From Elainellaceae cyanobacterium (lineage in GTDB: Bacteria > Cyanobacteriota > Cyanobacteriia > CAZCXK01): 64,000 nt of DNA. This document shows, piece after piece, positions 1 to 10,040 of this stretch; the stretch's first letter is position 1; each line of letters opens with the position of its first letter. The stretch is from positions 26,933 to 90,932 of the forward strand of contig JBNPEG010000084.1 in the NCBI GenBank assembly GCA_051117555.1, read 5' to 3'. The position numbers were made by a program, and so were the translations under genes. Under the pieces are notes generated by a model. That model saw only the letters and a list, made by a program, of their open reading frames with translations, was not told where the DNA came from and made no database searches.

Positions 1-2
1 GA

Positions 3-749
3 CACCCCTTATGGATTGAATGCAAAACAGGTCGAGACTATAATGGTTATCTCCAGCGCTACTCAAATCACCGAAAGGCACTCAGCATTGATATTTCCAA
101 AGCATTCCTTGCTATTCTTGATATTCCAGAAGAGCAACGTCAGTCAACGATGAGAATGTGGGATCTCACGGTGGCCGATCAGAACACGTTACTGCCTATG
201 ATTTCGGAAGTACTAAATCTAAATGCGATCGCTTCTACTGAGGTCGATGATCCTAATTCATCGTCAGAGACTTCTTTAGATATTGAGGAGTTGCTAAAAA
301 AGATTCAACCTCTTCCTGAGCAACGAGGTATCGTGATTCGGGAACTCATTCGTACCGTTGAAAATCTCCATGAGCCCATCACCTTTCGAGAGTTGAGAGG
401 TCTCATTTCAGAAGCAATCAATATTTCAAGGACACGAGTTCAGGCTGTGCTTCGAGCTTTATTTTGGTCGGGATATTTGCTCAATGATGCTCAAGAACCC
501 GTTGCCTCTTATAACAGTCCGATTAGTAGCTTACAAGACTCTCGAGAGGAAGTACTCGATCGGAAGTGTATCGAGCGCTATGCTGGCGTTATTCTTGAGG
601 TGTATCCCGACTACTTTGATGACGCAGATAATGTGAGGTTTTTCGAGGAAAGTGTTGGAGGACAAGCACCCGATCGGACAACGATTGAATGGCTCAAAAA
701 TAATCAGGATAATGATTTCGGAGATGAAGAAATTTCCTGCTCAAATTAG
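3..749 (+). CDS. 5'-truncated protein with a PD-(D/E)XK nuclease-like motif
   Basis: The frame is open from base 3 (HPLWIECKTGRDY...) into ORF 150..749; IECKTG resembles the (D/E)xK motif. The gene starts before the window. Confidence 0.55.
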   Translation, partial: HPLWIECKTGRDYNGYLQRYSNHRKALSIDISKAFLAILDIPEEQRQSTMRMWDLTVADQNTLLPMISEVLNLNAIASTEVDDPNSSSETSLDIEELLKKIQPLPEQRGIVIRELIRTVENLHEPITFRELRGLISEAINISRTRVQAVLRALFWSGYLLNDAQEPVASYNSPISSLQDSREEVLDRKCIERYAGVILEVYPDYFDDADNVRFFEESVGGQAPDRTTIEWLKNNQDNDFGDEEISCSN

Positions 750-774
750 TGAGATAGAAAGTTAGGTCGTAGTA

Positions 775-817
775 AAAAGCCAAGAGGATCAAGCATCGCT
801 TAATCCTCTTGGCTTTT
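775..817. terminator. bidirectional intrinsic terminator
   Basis: Perfect 15-bp inverted repeat AAAAGCCAAGAGGAT...ATCCTCTTGGCTTTT between convergent genes. Confidence 0.75.
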
Positions 818-965
818 GCACAGGGCTACTTGTTTAGATTGATTGCGTTAGCTAGATAGCTCAGGCTAGGACGCCTATTTGTGTATTGTCAATTTGAGGA
901 ATGATCCTCAGGGGGAGAAATAGCCCCACAGTCGTGGCTTCGCTAAAGCTCAGCAATGTGTTATT

Positions 966-1001
966 TAGTCCACAGAACGAAGGCGATCGCTCTGTGGACT
1001 A
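966..1001. repeat. hairpin with HIP1 in the loop, possible terminator of the S8 gene
   Basis: TAGTCCACAGA...TCTGTGGACTA enclosing GCGATCGC. Confidence 0.45.
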
Positions 1002-1122
1002 ATCCCTGTTAGCGCATTGGGTTACCAAAGTTCTGAGTCCAATAGTGTCCCCATTGCTGGTCGCCAATAGGAAGGATACAAAACATCCTCTCTTCTTTGA
1101 AATACGTAATGACTCAGCAAGA

Positions 1123-3297
1123 CTAATGTTGAGTCATTCGAACCGCGGCGGCGGCATTGACAAGACCATTGCCAAAGAAATACTGCTGAGCCGAAACAGG
1201 TTCAGGCAGTGGAAAGATACCTGATACTCGATCATCCCTTAAAGTCAGTCCAACATCTTGCTGTAATCGATAATGATTTAGGTCGGCTTGGGATAGGGTG
1301 AGGCCATCATAGTTAGCTGTTTCTTTGAGAATCGAGATAAGGCGATCGCGTCCTAAACCTGAGTTCTCGCCCTTCATTAACGCGATCACTCCTGAAACTG
1401 TCGGGGCTGAGAAGGAGGTGCCTTGAACTTGCACATACTCGCCTCTTGGATCAAGGCTGTATCCCCAGCCAAAATCAGGAACCTCCATCCCTTGCCAGAA
1501 GCTATCAACCCAGGTACCTCCTGTGGTCAAGATGCCACCGCTCAGCGCCGTTGCCGTTTCTCCACCCGGCGCTACTACGTCTAATCGCCCTCCGTAGCTA
1601 CTGTAATATGTGCGTCTACCATCCAGATTGGTTGCACCTACTGATACCACTCCTGGAGTAGCAGCAGGGAATGACACTCCATCAAAGCTTTCGTTACCGG
1701 CAGAAGCCACTATCACTAAATTGGTATGGTTATCTAACAGTTGAAAAATCTGATCGACTACCCCTTGATCGGGCATTACTCCACCTAGGCTCATATTGAT
1801 CACGTCAGCTCCTCGGTCTGCCGCATATCCTAAAGCTTCAATGAGACGAGCAGAGGTAATTTCACCTCCCAAACCAAACACCCGCACTGGCAAAATTTGC
1901 GATCGCGGCGCAACACCAATGGCTCCCGTACCTTCTTCAGGATGGGCAGCAATCACACCTGCTGACCACGTGCCGTGGAATTCAGCCGAAATCTCGCTGC
2001 GAATGATATTGCGAATTATACCTGCAACTTGCGTGCTGGAAATATTGGGATGCGAAGAACGAATTCGATTAGCAAGGCCATCATACTGCTCTAGCAAATC
2101 CGCATCGGAAAGGCGGAAGGCATTCTGAAAATGGGGGCGCAAGATAGCAACTTCATCATCACTGATACGGGTATCTGCATCTCCGGTCAGGCAACGATTC
2201 GCATCAGTCTTACTACAGACTAGAGTGTTACTGGTAAAATCCCAACCTTGTGATTCATAGGGAAATTCAGCCCTTTCTTCATCTAAGGTATAGACAGTAT
2301 TGATCAAGTTGGCATGATCCCACTGGATTAAACTATCAAGAACAGCTACTACCACCCCTTCACCACTATTACTCTGCTGCCATGCTTGAGTTGCACGGAC
2401 GTCCGTACGAGGAAGTAAGCGGCCTCGTTTAGGGGTACTGTTCAAATGCCACGCGAGGGGGAGTAAATTGCTAGAAAATAGTGTTTCAATTTGCGGCAAA
2501 TGAGCAAGCTGTTGCTGAATCACGTCCAGTGCATTGGGAGTAATGGCGAGGCTTGCATCCTGAATATCTTGTTCTTGCACACGATAGACTAATGATTGAA
2601 CAAAGTTAGGCGTTGCCGATTGAATGCCAACTACCCCGTTTAGCCGATTAGCGACATTGAGAACACCCATTCCCGTCTCTGTGCGCGATCGCACCAGATA
2701 GCGATTCTCGGTGAACTGGAGTGGGCGAATGACCTCTAGCCCATAGCGGTTGAAAAGCACCTGAATTTGGCTGTTTGATAAACCAGGTTCTAAACTGATG
2801 AGAATTTCATTGGGCAGCACAACATCTAACTCAGGACTATTCTCATCCCCTGTGTTCAGGGATAGAACGGGTAATGTGCCTTCAACGTAAGGCTGTTCTC
2901 GAATTTGCTGATCGACAGATGCTAGTCCTCGTGTTCCTGAAAGTTCGGTTACCAGAGCATAACGGGTTCCTAACGGTTCAATGTCTACGGATAGTGCCGA
3001 GCGGTAGGGCGAAGTGCGAATGGCTCGCGTCGTGCTGCTCGTGCCCTCTAAATCTTGCTGGAGCTGGAGATAAAGAGGTTGGCTCGATCCACCACGGGTG
3101 CTGCCTGCTTCGCGGAACGATACGGCGACGACATCAGTCCGCAAGGTGAGGGGGATTTGCTGCCCAAAGAAGGTATAGTACAAACCATCAGGTGTTTGGG
3201 CTTGGGCAATGGCAGTTGATTGCTGAATGGGTTGAAATGGCTGGGCGATCGCCAAAATACAGGCGGTTGCAACTAGGGTAGAATACAATCGTTTCAT
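1123..3297 (-). CDS. secreted S8 (subtilisin-like) serine peptidase
   Basis: Signal peptide; triad motifs VAVLDS, HGTWSAG and GTSFSAP; oxyanion motif ASAGN. Confidence 0.93.
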   Translation of the reverse strand: MKRLYSTLVATACILAIAQPFQPIQQSTAIAQAQTPDGLYYTFFGQQIPLTLRTDVVAVSFREAGSTRGGSSQPLYLQLQQDLEGTSSTTRAIRTSPYRSALSVDIEPLGTRYALVTELSGTRGLASVDQQIREQPYVEGTLPVLSLNTGDENSPELDVVLPNEILISLEPGLSNSQIQVLFNRYGLEVIRPLQFTENRYLVRSRTETGMGVLNVANRLNGVVGIQSATPNFVQSLVYRVQEQDIQDASLAITPNALDVIQQQLAHLPQIETLFSSNLLPLAWHLNSTPKRGRLLPRTDVRATQAWQQSNSGEGVVVAVLDSLIQWDHANLINTVYTLDEERAEFPYESQGWDFTSNTLVCSKTDANRCLTGDADTRISDDEVAILRPHFQNAFRLSDADLLEQYDGLANRIRSSHPNISSTQVAGIIRNIIRSEISAEFHGTWSAGVIAAHPEEGTGAIGVAPRSQILPVRVFGLGGEITSARLIEALGYAADRGADVINMSLGGVMPDQGVVDQIFQLLDNHTNLVIVASAGNESFDGVSFPAATPGVVSVGATNLDGRRTYYSSYGGRLDVVAPGGETATALSGGILTTGGTWVDSFWQGMEVPDFGWGYSLDPRGEYVQVQGTSFSAPTVSGVIALMKGENSGLGRDRLISILKETANYDGLTLSQADLNHYRLQQDVGLTLRDDRVSGIFPLPEPVSAQQYFFGNGLVNAAAAVRMTQH

Positions 3298-3332
3298 GGT
3301 TGTTACTCCTCAAGGGGTGAGCTATTTACACT

Positions 3333-3360
3333 TATCTCTGAGGTAAAGAGCGATATGGAA
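3333..3360 (-). promoter_or_regulatory. TTCCATA-N14-AGAGATA motif upstream of the S8 peptidase
   Basis: Reverse complement reads TTCCATA tcgctctttacctc AGAGATA, 36 nt before the ATG. Confidence 0.75.
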
Positions 3361-3399
3361 AATAGCTTGTAGGCGATCGCTCTTAATCAATTCATGCTG

Positions 3400-6300
3400 T
3401 TACAGGCCGTTGCCGATGAGGATGAAGGGTGCCCAGTAGTAAGGGTGGCTGAAACGAGTCTGAGATGATTGAGCTGTCGATTGCCCTTCATCAGTATCGA
3501 GTTCTTCTGGATTGGGTTCTATTGCAATGCCTCGATCATCGGAGCGATCGCCTGTTTCTTCCCCTCTGAGCAGACTCAGTTGAGCATCGCGCAAGGCTTG
3601 AGCAATGGTGCCTGGATTATCAGCGGTATTTTCAGCCAAGTTATGGTAAAAGCTCTGCATCAACTGACTGGTGCTGGCATCGTTCACCTGCCAAAGCGAC
3701 GCAACGACCGTATCCACGCCTGCATCAATAAAAGTCTGGGCAATACCTGAAATTTCTCTGCCGTCTAGTTCGGAAACTGCTGCTTGATTAGATGAGCGAC
3801 CGCCTAGAGCCGTTTCGCATGCTGAGAGCACCACCATGCTCAGAGACCGAAATTCGGCTCCAATATCTTGAATTTGGGAGATGCGCCAGTCTTCTTTGGT
3901 GCCCAGCATCAAGTAGGAGGAGTACAGGTTGGTGGGCATGTAGACGCCGTGGGTGGCGATGTGGAGAATGTTGTGCCCGGCCAAGCTGTAAAACACATTT
4001 TTATCAAACTGACTATTTAGTAACTCTTGACCCGAATAAATCCCGACTTCATCAGTGCGATCGCCACGCTGAACAATCACATCCAGTTCGTCGGGCACAT
4101 AACGCAGCCCCCTAAAACCGAACACATCGTCTGCCGGATCAACATCGGGTACTGCTTCTGACAGCCCCAAGGCCATTACGGAAATCGCGTTGGGGTCTTG
4201 GGGAAGAGGGGTATCTGCATGGCTCAACCAGGCGGCGGTGACGGTAGAAACAGTGTAGTTTTCAATCAGGTATTGGCTGCCGTCAAACAGCGCCGCCATC
4301 GGGATGTAGCGAACGGACCGATCCAGGGCAAAGACCAGGTTTTGAATATCATTTTGCTCTAGCTGCTCGCGCAACTGGGCAGGCATCAGCCAGTCATAAA
4401 GCTGCTGAGAAACCGCTTGAATCTCAGAGACAGGACTACACCGTCCCAATTCACATTGCGCCATCAGTTCATGGAAGCGAAACACCGCCTGGTTGATTTG
4501 CTCTTCACTGACGCCCTCCACATAAATGGGTTCTGCCAACCCTCCCTGAGTTGCCCACATGATTAAAAGCCGATCGTCTAGCACAATGGGATAAATCAAC
4601 ACCGTGCCTGGTTGAGCCTCAACGATTTTCTGCACATCCTCATAAATCAAGTCTTGTGGATCAGGGGCTTGATCATCAGCGGCGCGTCGCTGGCTCATAG
4701 CAGTTTCAAGCGTGCGAACGGCGTCGTTATAAGCAGTATTGCGTTCAGTGCGCTGTTGTTTGAGGCGGGTTAGCTCTTGTTGACCGCACTCTGGATCAGA
4801 TTCACAGGTGAGAATTGCCGAGCCCAACTGAATCAGGTCATAGTAGGCAGCCGCCGTGGTTTCTTCTTCAGGGAACTGATCGACCTCACGGGAGGCAACC
4901 CCACTGCGGGTATAGTCTCGAATTTCTTGAAGCTTTAGCAGCTCAATAACTTGCAGGGCTTCGAGGAGACGCCCTTGGGAAACGAGCAAGTCAGCGAGGC
5001 GGCGATAGGTATGGGAAACTGTATCAGTGTATGACTGCTGAAGTGCTTGGTCGAGCTGTTGAATGCCTCCCCGAATTTGTTCACGCGTATTGACGGACTG
5101 CTTTAAGAACACGATGGCAAGTTCGGGTTGGTCTTGAGTATCAAACAGGTGACCGATATTGTTAAGCGTAATGCCTTTTCCTGATTGATCCCCCACTTCA
5201 GTTCTGATGGCTAAGGCTTGCTGAAGGTACTCCAGCGCTTGCTGATACTGACCCAGATTGCGATACACCAAGCCAGTGTTGTTGAGGGTGGTGCCTTCAC
5301 CCGCGCGATCGCCTATTTCAATTGTGATAGCTAAGGCTTGCTGGTAATAGTCCAGTGCTTGAGAGTACTGACCTAGACTGTCATACACCCCGCCAATGTT
5401 GTTGAGGGTGGCTCCTTCTCCAGCGCGATCGCCAATGTCAGTTTTGATGGCTAAGGCTTGCTGATAGTGGTCCAGTGCTTGAGAGTACTGACCCAGAATG
5501 TCATACACCGAGCCAATATTGTTGAGGGTGACTCCTTCGCCAAATCGATCGCCCACTTCAGTTCTAATGGCTAAGGCTTGCTGGTAATAGTCCAGTGCTT
5601 GAGAGTATCGACCCAGATTGTCGTACACCAAGCCAATATTGTTGAGGGTGACTCCTTCGCCAAATCGATCGCCAATATCAGTTTTGATGGCTAAGGCTTG
5701 CTGATAATAGTCCAGTGCTTGAAAGTACTGACCCAGATTGACGTACACCCCGCCAATGTTGTTGAGGGTGGTTCCTTCTCCACGGCGATCGCCAATGTCA
5801 GTTTTGATGGCTAAGGCTTGCTGGTAATAGTCCAGTGCTTGAGAGTACTGACCCAGATTGGCGTACACCCCGCCAATGTTGTTGAGGGTGGTTCCTTCTC
5901 CAGCGCGATCGCCCACTTCAGTTCTGATGATTAAGGCTTGCTGATAATAGTCCAGTGCTTGAGAGTACTGACCCAGATGGATGTACACCAAGCCAATGTT
6001 GTTAAGGGTAGTTCCTTCGCCACGGCGTTGGCGGAACCTCTCTCCTGGAGAATTACCCCCTTCAGCGTGGATGGCTAAGGCTTGCTGGAAATAGTCAAAG
6101 GCTTGCTCATATTGGCCTAGTTTGAAGTACATTTCACCGATATTGTTGAGGGTGGCTCCTTCTCCAGCGCGATCGCCCACTTCGGTTCTGATGGCTAAGG
6201 CTTGCTGGTAGTAGTCGAGGGCTTGCTGATAGTCGCCCAGATTGCTATACACCAAACCAATGCCAGTGAGAATAGTTACTTCTCTAGATCGATCACCAGT

Positions 6301-6657
6301 TTCAACATTGATTTCTAATGCCTGCTGATAATAGTCCAGTGCTTGAGAGTACTGACCAACACTGTAAGCAATTGCCCCTAGCCCTGTTACGCTTCGTCCT
6401 TCTCCACGGCGATCGCCAATTTCTCGATAAATCTCGAACGCCCTTTGAAGCATCGATAGCGCTTGCTGATAGTCGCCTCGCTGCCAAAACTGAACTGACC
6501 TATCAAACAGTGCATCGGCTTCTGCTTGGCGATCGCCCTCTCCCACATCTTGAGCTAACGCCGTTGATTCCTTAAATGACAGAGAGAAGGGCGATGGAAC
6601 AATGAGCGATAGCAGAACCGTAGACGTCAACAAACCAAGCAAGCGGTGAGAGCGCAT
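3400..6657 (-). CDS. signal peptide + 40-aa TPR array + CHAT protease
   Basis: MRSHRLLG signal; TLNNIG/YQQALAI repeats; HIATHG and LSACET dyad; HPYYWAPFILIGNGL end. Confidence 0.93.
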   Translation of the reverse strand: MRSHRLLGLLTSTVLLSLIVPSPFSLSFKESTALAQDVGEGDRQAEADALFDRSVQFWQRGDYQQALSMLQRAFEIYREIGDRRGEGRSVTGLGAIAYSVGQYSQALDYYQQALEINVETGDRSREVTILTGIGLVYSNLGDYQQALDYYQQALAIRTEVGDRAGEGATLNNIGEMYFKLGQYEQAFDYFQQALAIHAEGGNSPGERFRQRRGEGTTLNNIGLVYIHLGQYSQALDYYQQALIIRTEVGDRAGEGTTLNNIGGVYANLGQYSQALDYYQQALAIKTDIGDRRGEGTTLNNIGGVYVNLGQYFQALDYYQQALAIKTDIGDRFGEGVTLNNIGLVYDNLGRYSQALDYYQQALAIRTEVGDRFGEGVTLNNIGSVYDILGQYSQALDHYQQALAIKTDIGDRAGEGATLNNIGGVYDSLGQYSQALDYYQQALAITIEIGDRAGEGTTLNNTGLVYRNLGQYQQALEYLQQALAIRTEVGDQSGKGITLNNIGHLFDTQDQPELAIVFLKQSVNTREQIRGGIQQLDQALQQSYTDTVSHTYRRLADLLVSQGRLLEALQVIELLKLQEIRDYTRSGVASREVDQFPEEETTAAAYYDLIQLGSAILTCESDPECGQQELTRLKQQRTERNTAYNDAVRTLETAMSQRRAADDQAPDPQDLIYEDVQKIVEAQPGTVLIYPIVLDDRLLIMWATQGGLAEPIYVEGVSEEQINQAVFRFHELMAQCELGRCSPVSEIQAVSQQLYDWLMPAQLREQLEQNDIQNLVFALDRSVRYIPMAALFDGSQYLIENYTVSTVTAAWLSHADTPLPQDPNAISVMALGLSEAVPDVDPADDVFGFRGLRYVPDELDVIVQRGDRTDEVGIYSGQELLNSQFDKNVFYSLAGHNILHIATHGVYMPTNLYSSYLMLGTKEDWRISQIQDIGAEFRSLSMVVLSACETALGGRSSNQAAVSELDGREISGIAQTFIDAGVDTVVASLWQVNDASTSQLMQSFYHNLAENTADNPGTIAQALRDAQLSLLRGEETGDRSDDRGIAIEPNPEELDTDEGQSTAQSSQTRFSHPYYWAPFILIGNGL
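6028..6051 (-). mobile_element. 24-nt in-frame insertion at a degenerate HIP1 position (SDR5-like)
   Basis: SPGERFRQ interrupts the TPR GDR motif; nearly the same insert is at 29050-29073. Confidence 0.65.
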
Positions 6658-6693
6658 AAATTCTCCAGCAGGATAATGACCGACACTACTATA

Positions 6694-6721
6694 TAGCTCT
6701 GAGGCTGGAGAGGGTATGGAA
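6694..6721 (-). promoter_or_regulatory. TTCCATA-N14-AGAGCTA motif upstream of TPR-CHAT 6657
   Basis: Reverse complement reads TTCCATA ccctctccagcctc AGAGCTA, 37 nt before the ATG. Confidence 0.75.
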
Positions 6722-6770
6722 TTTAAGAGAAAATTTTAGGTTGTGAATGAGAAACAACCATAAACCGTCC

Positions 6771-6911
6771 GTAGGAGCGTACGGCATACGCCCAGTGCAA
6801 GGTATTGGTTTTATGCAATGGATTGAGGGGCGATCGCCAGTGGATTCGTTTATTTCAATGGTTGGGTTGATGAAAACGTGTTGCGCTGGGCGAGTTGTAA
6901 TTCGCCCCTAC
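6771..6911. repeat. GTAG-type REP-like palindrome pair
   Basis: GTAGGAGCGTACGGCATACGCCC ... GGGCGAGTTGTAATTCGCCCCTAC; related units near 7707, 14735, 28100, 39290, 39406, 43895, 48299 and 52614. Confidence 0.65.
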
Positions 6912-6954
6912 ACGGATGGTGTTGATGGGTGGGGGCGATCGCCAACGTCTGGAA

Positions 6955-7530
6955 CTACCGCAATTGCAGAACTTGAGCTGGTGACAGATTCAAATCTCCG
7001 AATTGGGGAGAAATAATTGCCCTGTCTTCCCGATGTACCGTTTCTTCGTAAATCCCTTCTACCCACTCCAACACCACTATTTGCTGATCTATCGGGTCAA
7101 CAATCCAGTATTCTGCAATATTCCGTGCTGCATACTCGGTACGCTTGTAGCGATAGTCTCGATTTTGCTGTCCTGGGCTCACAATCTCAACAACCAACAC
7201 AGGAGGAGGCATATCAGACAAGATAGTTGATTGGCTAGCCCCTTCTAAAGCAGTTGCCAATTCCTCTGAGATTACCATCAAATCGGGGCGTCTAACAGTT
7301 GTGCGCGCCCCACTCACAACAATTTCGGTGCCAATCCTCACTCGATATGAAGGGATTCCCTGGTTCAAGAAAAAAGCGAATAGTAAAGACGCAATCCGAA
7401 TATTTAATTCGCTTTCGGGCGGCATTTTGACCAGCGTTCCATTCACTAATTCATGCGGGGTTTCTGTGCCATCGTCATAACTGAGATACTCTTCGAGCGT
7501 CATGGGTTGCGATTTGAGGGCCATGATCAC
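6955..7530 (-). CDS. Uma2 family endonuclease
   Basis: RRPDLMV, LVVEIVSPG, KRTEYA and EYWIVDP motifs. Confidence 0.9.
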   Translation of the reverse strand: MIMALKSQPMTLEEYLSYDDGTETPHELVNGTLVKMPPESELNIRIASLLFAFFLNQGIPSYRVRIGTEIVVSGARTTVRRPDLMVISEELATALEGASQSTILSDMPPPVLVVEIVSPGQQNRDYRYKRTEYAARNIAEYWIVDPIDQQIVVLEWVEGIYEETVHREDRAIISPQFGDLNLSPAQVLQLR

Positions 7531-7773
7531 GCTATCTCCTGCATCAAGGGATGGCTCTATTATTACAGATGGCTAAAGCGCGATCGCCCGCTCGTAGAAC
7601 TGATTCGGGTTGCTTTTTGTACCAGGTCAAGGCAGGACAACCGCTGATATCAATTGATCCCGGTGCGATCGCCCTTTTAACCCATTGCGTGTGAATTTAA
7701 TACGTTGTACGGGTGTACGGCATACGCCTCTCTTCTATGCATCTGAACCAATATTCTAGCCATTATCCAGGGC

Positions 7774-7841
7774 AGATCCCCGGCTTCTTAATCAGGGGTC
7801 TCCAATACCAGTCAGAGACTTACCACAGAAGCCGGGGATCT
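7774..7841. repeat. 68-bp element with 15-bp terminal inverted repeats (core orientation A)
   Basis: AGATCCCCGGCTTCT-N38-AGAAGCCGGGGATCT. Confidence 0.85.
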
Positions 7842-7891
7842 AAACCGCCATATTAGGTCGCTGATGAACAATCCCTAAAGTTTTCTTCAAA

Positions 7892-7919
7892 TTCCATACC
7901 ATCTCCTGTGCCAGAGATA
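7892..7919 (+). promoter_or_regulatory. TTCCATA-N14-AGAGATA motif
   Basis: Exact match, 37 nt before ATG 7956. Confidence 0.75.
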
Positions 7920-7955
7920 TACACTAATGTCGGTCATTATCCTGCTGGAGAATTT

Positions 7956-8443
7956 ATGCGCTCTCACCGCTTGCTTGGCTTGTTGATGTTTACAGTTTTG
8001 CTATTGCTTAATGTGCCGCTGCGGATTATTGGGTTAGTGGGGGAGTTAAGGGCTGTAGCGCAAGATGTGGGCAAGGGCGATCGCCCTTGCCCCCTCTGAC
8101 ACCGATGATGGCCTACTCACCTCTACCAAAATCTTTTGGCTTAGACTTAAACGCTGAATTCGTCATCCTCAGTGCCTATGACACTGGGCGAGGGCCAATT
8201 ACAGGGGATGGCGTGATTGGGCTAGCGCGATCGCTGATTACCGCAGGCGTTCCCAGCGTTATGGTTTCATTGTGGTCGGTTCCCGACGCGCCCACCGACG
8301 AACTGATGACCAAATTCTATCGCCAGTTGCAGCAAAACCCCGACCAATCTCAAGCACTGCGTCAGGCCATGCTGATTACGATTCAAACTCATCCCCATCC
8401 TCGCAATTGGGCAGCATTCACGCTAATTGGGGAATCTGAATAA
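7956..8443 (+). pseudogene. internally deleted TPR-CHAT gene
   Basis: MRSHRLLG...GKGDR is joined at HIP1 (8077-8084) to a CHAT C-terminus (AIALAPSDTDDGLLTS...), with frameshifts and catalytic Cys changed to Tyr (LSAYDTG). Confidence 0.85.
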
Positions 8444-8457
8444 TCTAAACCTTTAAT

Positions 8458-8485
8458 TTCCATAGCATTGCTCCGCATAGAGATA
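8458..8485 (+). promoter_or_regulatory. TTCCATA-N14-AGAGATA motif upstream of the sigma-like gene
   Basis: TTCCATA gcattgctccgcat AGAGATA. Confidence 0.75.
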
Positions 8486-8552
8486 AGCGATTGTAGTGGA
8501 GGATGCCCCTTCCACGCCTATTCGTACCGTTACTAATCCAGAGACTTCCATC

Positions 8553-10004
8553 ATGGATGAACCATCCAAATACTGGACATTCGTTCGACTAACAGCTGCT
8601 GGAAAACCTCAGGTTATTGAAGTTGAGCCTGCAAAAGGCTTTTTCAGGCGAGAGTTCCCTCATTTGGTAGGACAAACTGATATTGCTCATAACATGATTC
8701 AGCTTCGGTTGCATCAGCTTTACGACACTACGCCTATCAGAGGAGATGAAATGTCTGAAAGTTGGTTGGCTGAGTGCTGTCTTCGCTGTTTTATCTCAAA
8801 TAGAATTGAGCAAGTCTGTTCCCAAATCCAAAAACAGTTTGGTAAGCAGCATGGATTCACCCAATATGATCTGTTACCTTACGTGCTCAATGATGGTGAT
8901 TTGACTACTACAGGAAGAAGACGTTCTTCAAATTCTCAAAACTCCTCAGACCATCCGTCATTAGCTACAGAAATTTTACAAACGTTTACCCCGAAGCGAG
9001 GAAATTTAGGCAGTTGGGTAACTCGTTTGGTTCGTCATCATAAAGGTTTGAATAATGTTTTGCTTGAACACGGCGTTTATTTGTTGAGCGATTGGGCAAT
9101 TCTTAACGACACTCGGATTCCTCAGCTAGAGCGTATCTTGACCGAATTTTGCCCGCTTCCCAGACATGAGGTCTTTCAAGCGTCCGTATTGCTAGAGAGC
9201 TACCATGCAATCTATCGCCGAGATCGCATGAAACACCGTCAGGCAAATCGTCGATGCTTACCCCCATCCAACGAGCAGCTTTGCCGAATGAAACAATGGA
9301 TGCAAAACGAATTCTCAATGGAGCGATCGCCCGATCAAATTGTGGCAGGGCTTCAAGATTTGGCTCAGCATCTCCGAGACTACCGGATCTTTGTCCGAAG
9401 TAATTATCTACCTGTTCAATCTATGGATGATCCCGATCACCAGACTGCAATTGAGTCTATCCAAATGACGGATGAAAACGATGAAGAAGACGAGATCAAT
9501 GAGTTTCTTCACTTCTATCGTCAGCAGTTTGATGAGGGCTTAAACCAGGCTATAGCCAAGGTTATTCAACAACGGATTGAGTTCCTGAAGCGTAAGCGAA
9601 ACCCGAAACACCATGTTTATCTCACGGGCTTACAGCTATTTCATTGCCAAGGTCTCTCTATGAGTGCCATCGCCCCTCACATTGGTCTACAACGCCAAGA
9701 TCAAGTAACATACTTGCTCAAACTCAAATCACTCCGAGCAGATGTTCGACATACCTTGCTCACGATTCTGCGCGATCGCATTCTCAAAAAGGCCCAAGAC
9801 TACATTGATCCTGAGCGCCTTCATCATTTAGATCAGCAGATTGACGATGCTTTAGAATCGCATGCTAGTGCTGTAATCGAAGAAGCTCAAGATGAGGCAA
9901 GCACAGCCCGGAATCAACCCCTTCGCAGCGTGTTTGCTCGTCAATTATGTCGCCATCTTGACAAATTGATGATTGATTCCCCACCTTCCCACCCAAACCC
10001 TTAA
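8553..10004 (+). CDS. sigma-70-like / HetZ-related HTH regulator
   Basis: Region-2-like FTPKRGNLGSWVTRLVRH and C-terminal HTH GLSMSAIAPHIGLQRQDQVTYLL. ATG 8553 is preferred over GTG 8496, which lies only 11 nt after the motif. Confidence 0.6.
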   Translation: MDEPSKYWTFVRLTAAGKPQVIEVEPAKGFFRREFPHLVGQTDIAHNMIQLRLHQLYDTTPIRGDEMSESWLAECCLRCFISNRIEQVCSQIQKQFGKQHGFTQYDLLPYVLNDGDLTTTGRRRSSNSQNSSDHPSLATEILQTFTPKRGNLGSWVTRLVRHHKGLNNVLLEHGVYLLSDWAILNDTRIPQLERILTEFCPLPRHEVFQASVLLESYHAIYRRDRMKHRQANRRCLPPSNEQLCRMKQWMQNEFSMERSPDQIVAGLQDLAQHLRDYRIFVRSNYLPVQSMDDPDHQTAIESIQMTDENDEEDEINEFLHFYRQQFDEGLNQAIAKVIQQRIEFLKRKRNPKHHVYLTGLQLFHCQGLSMSAIAPHIGLQRQDQVTYLLKLKSLRADVRHTLLTILRDRILKKAQDYIDPERLHHLDQQIDDALESHASAVIEEAQDEASTARNQPLRSVFARQLCRHLDKLMIDSPPSHPNP

Positions 10005-10040
10005 CCACAATAATGACGATTGCCTCACCGGAGATTTACG

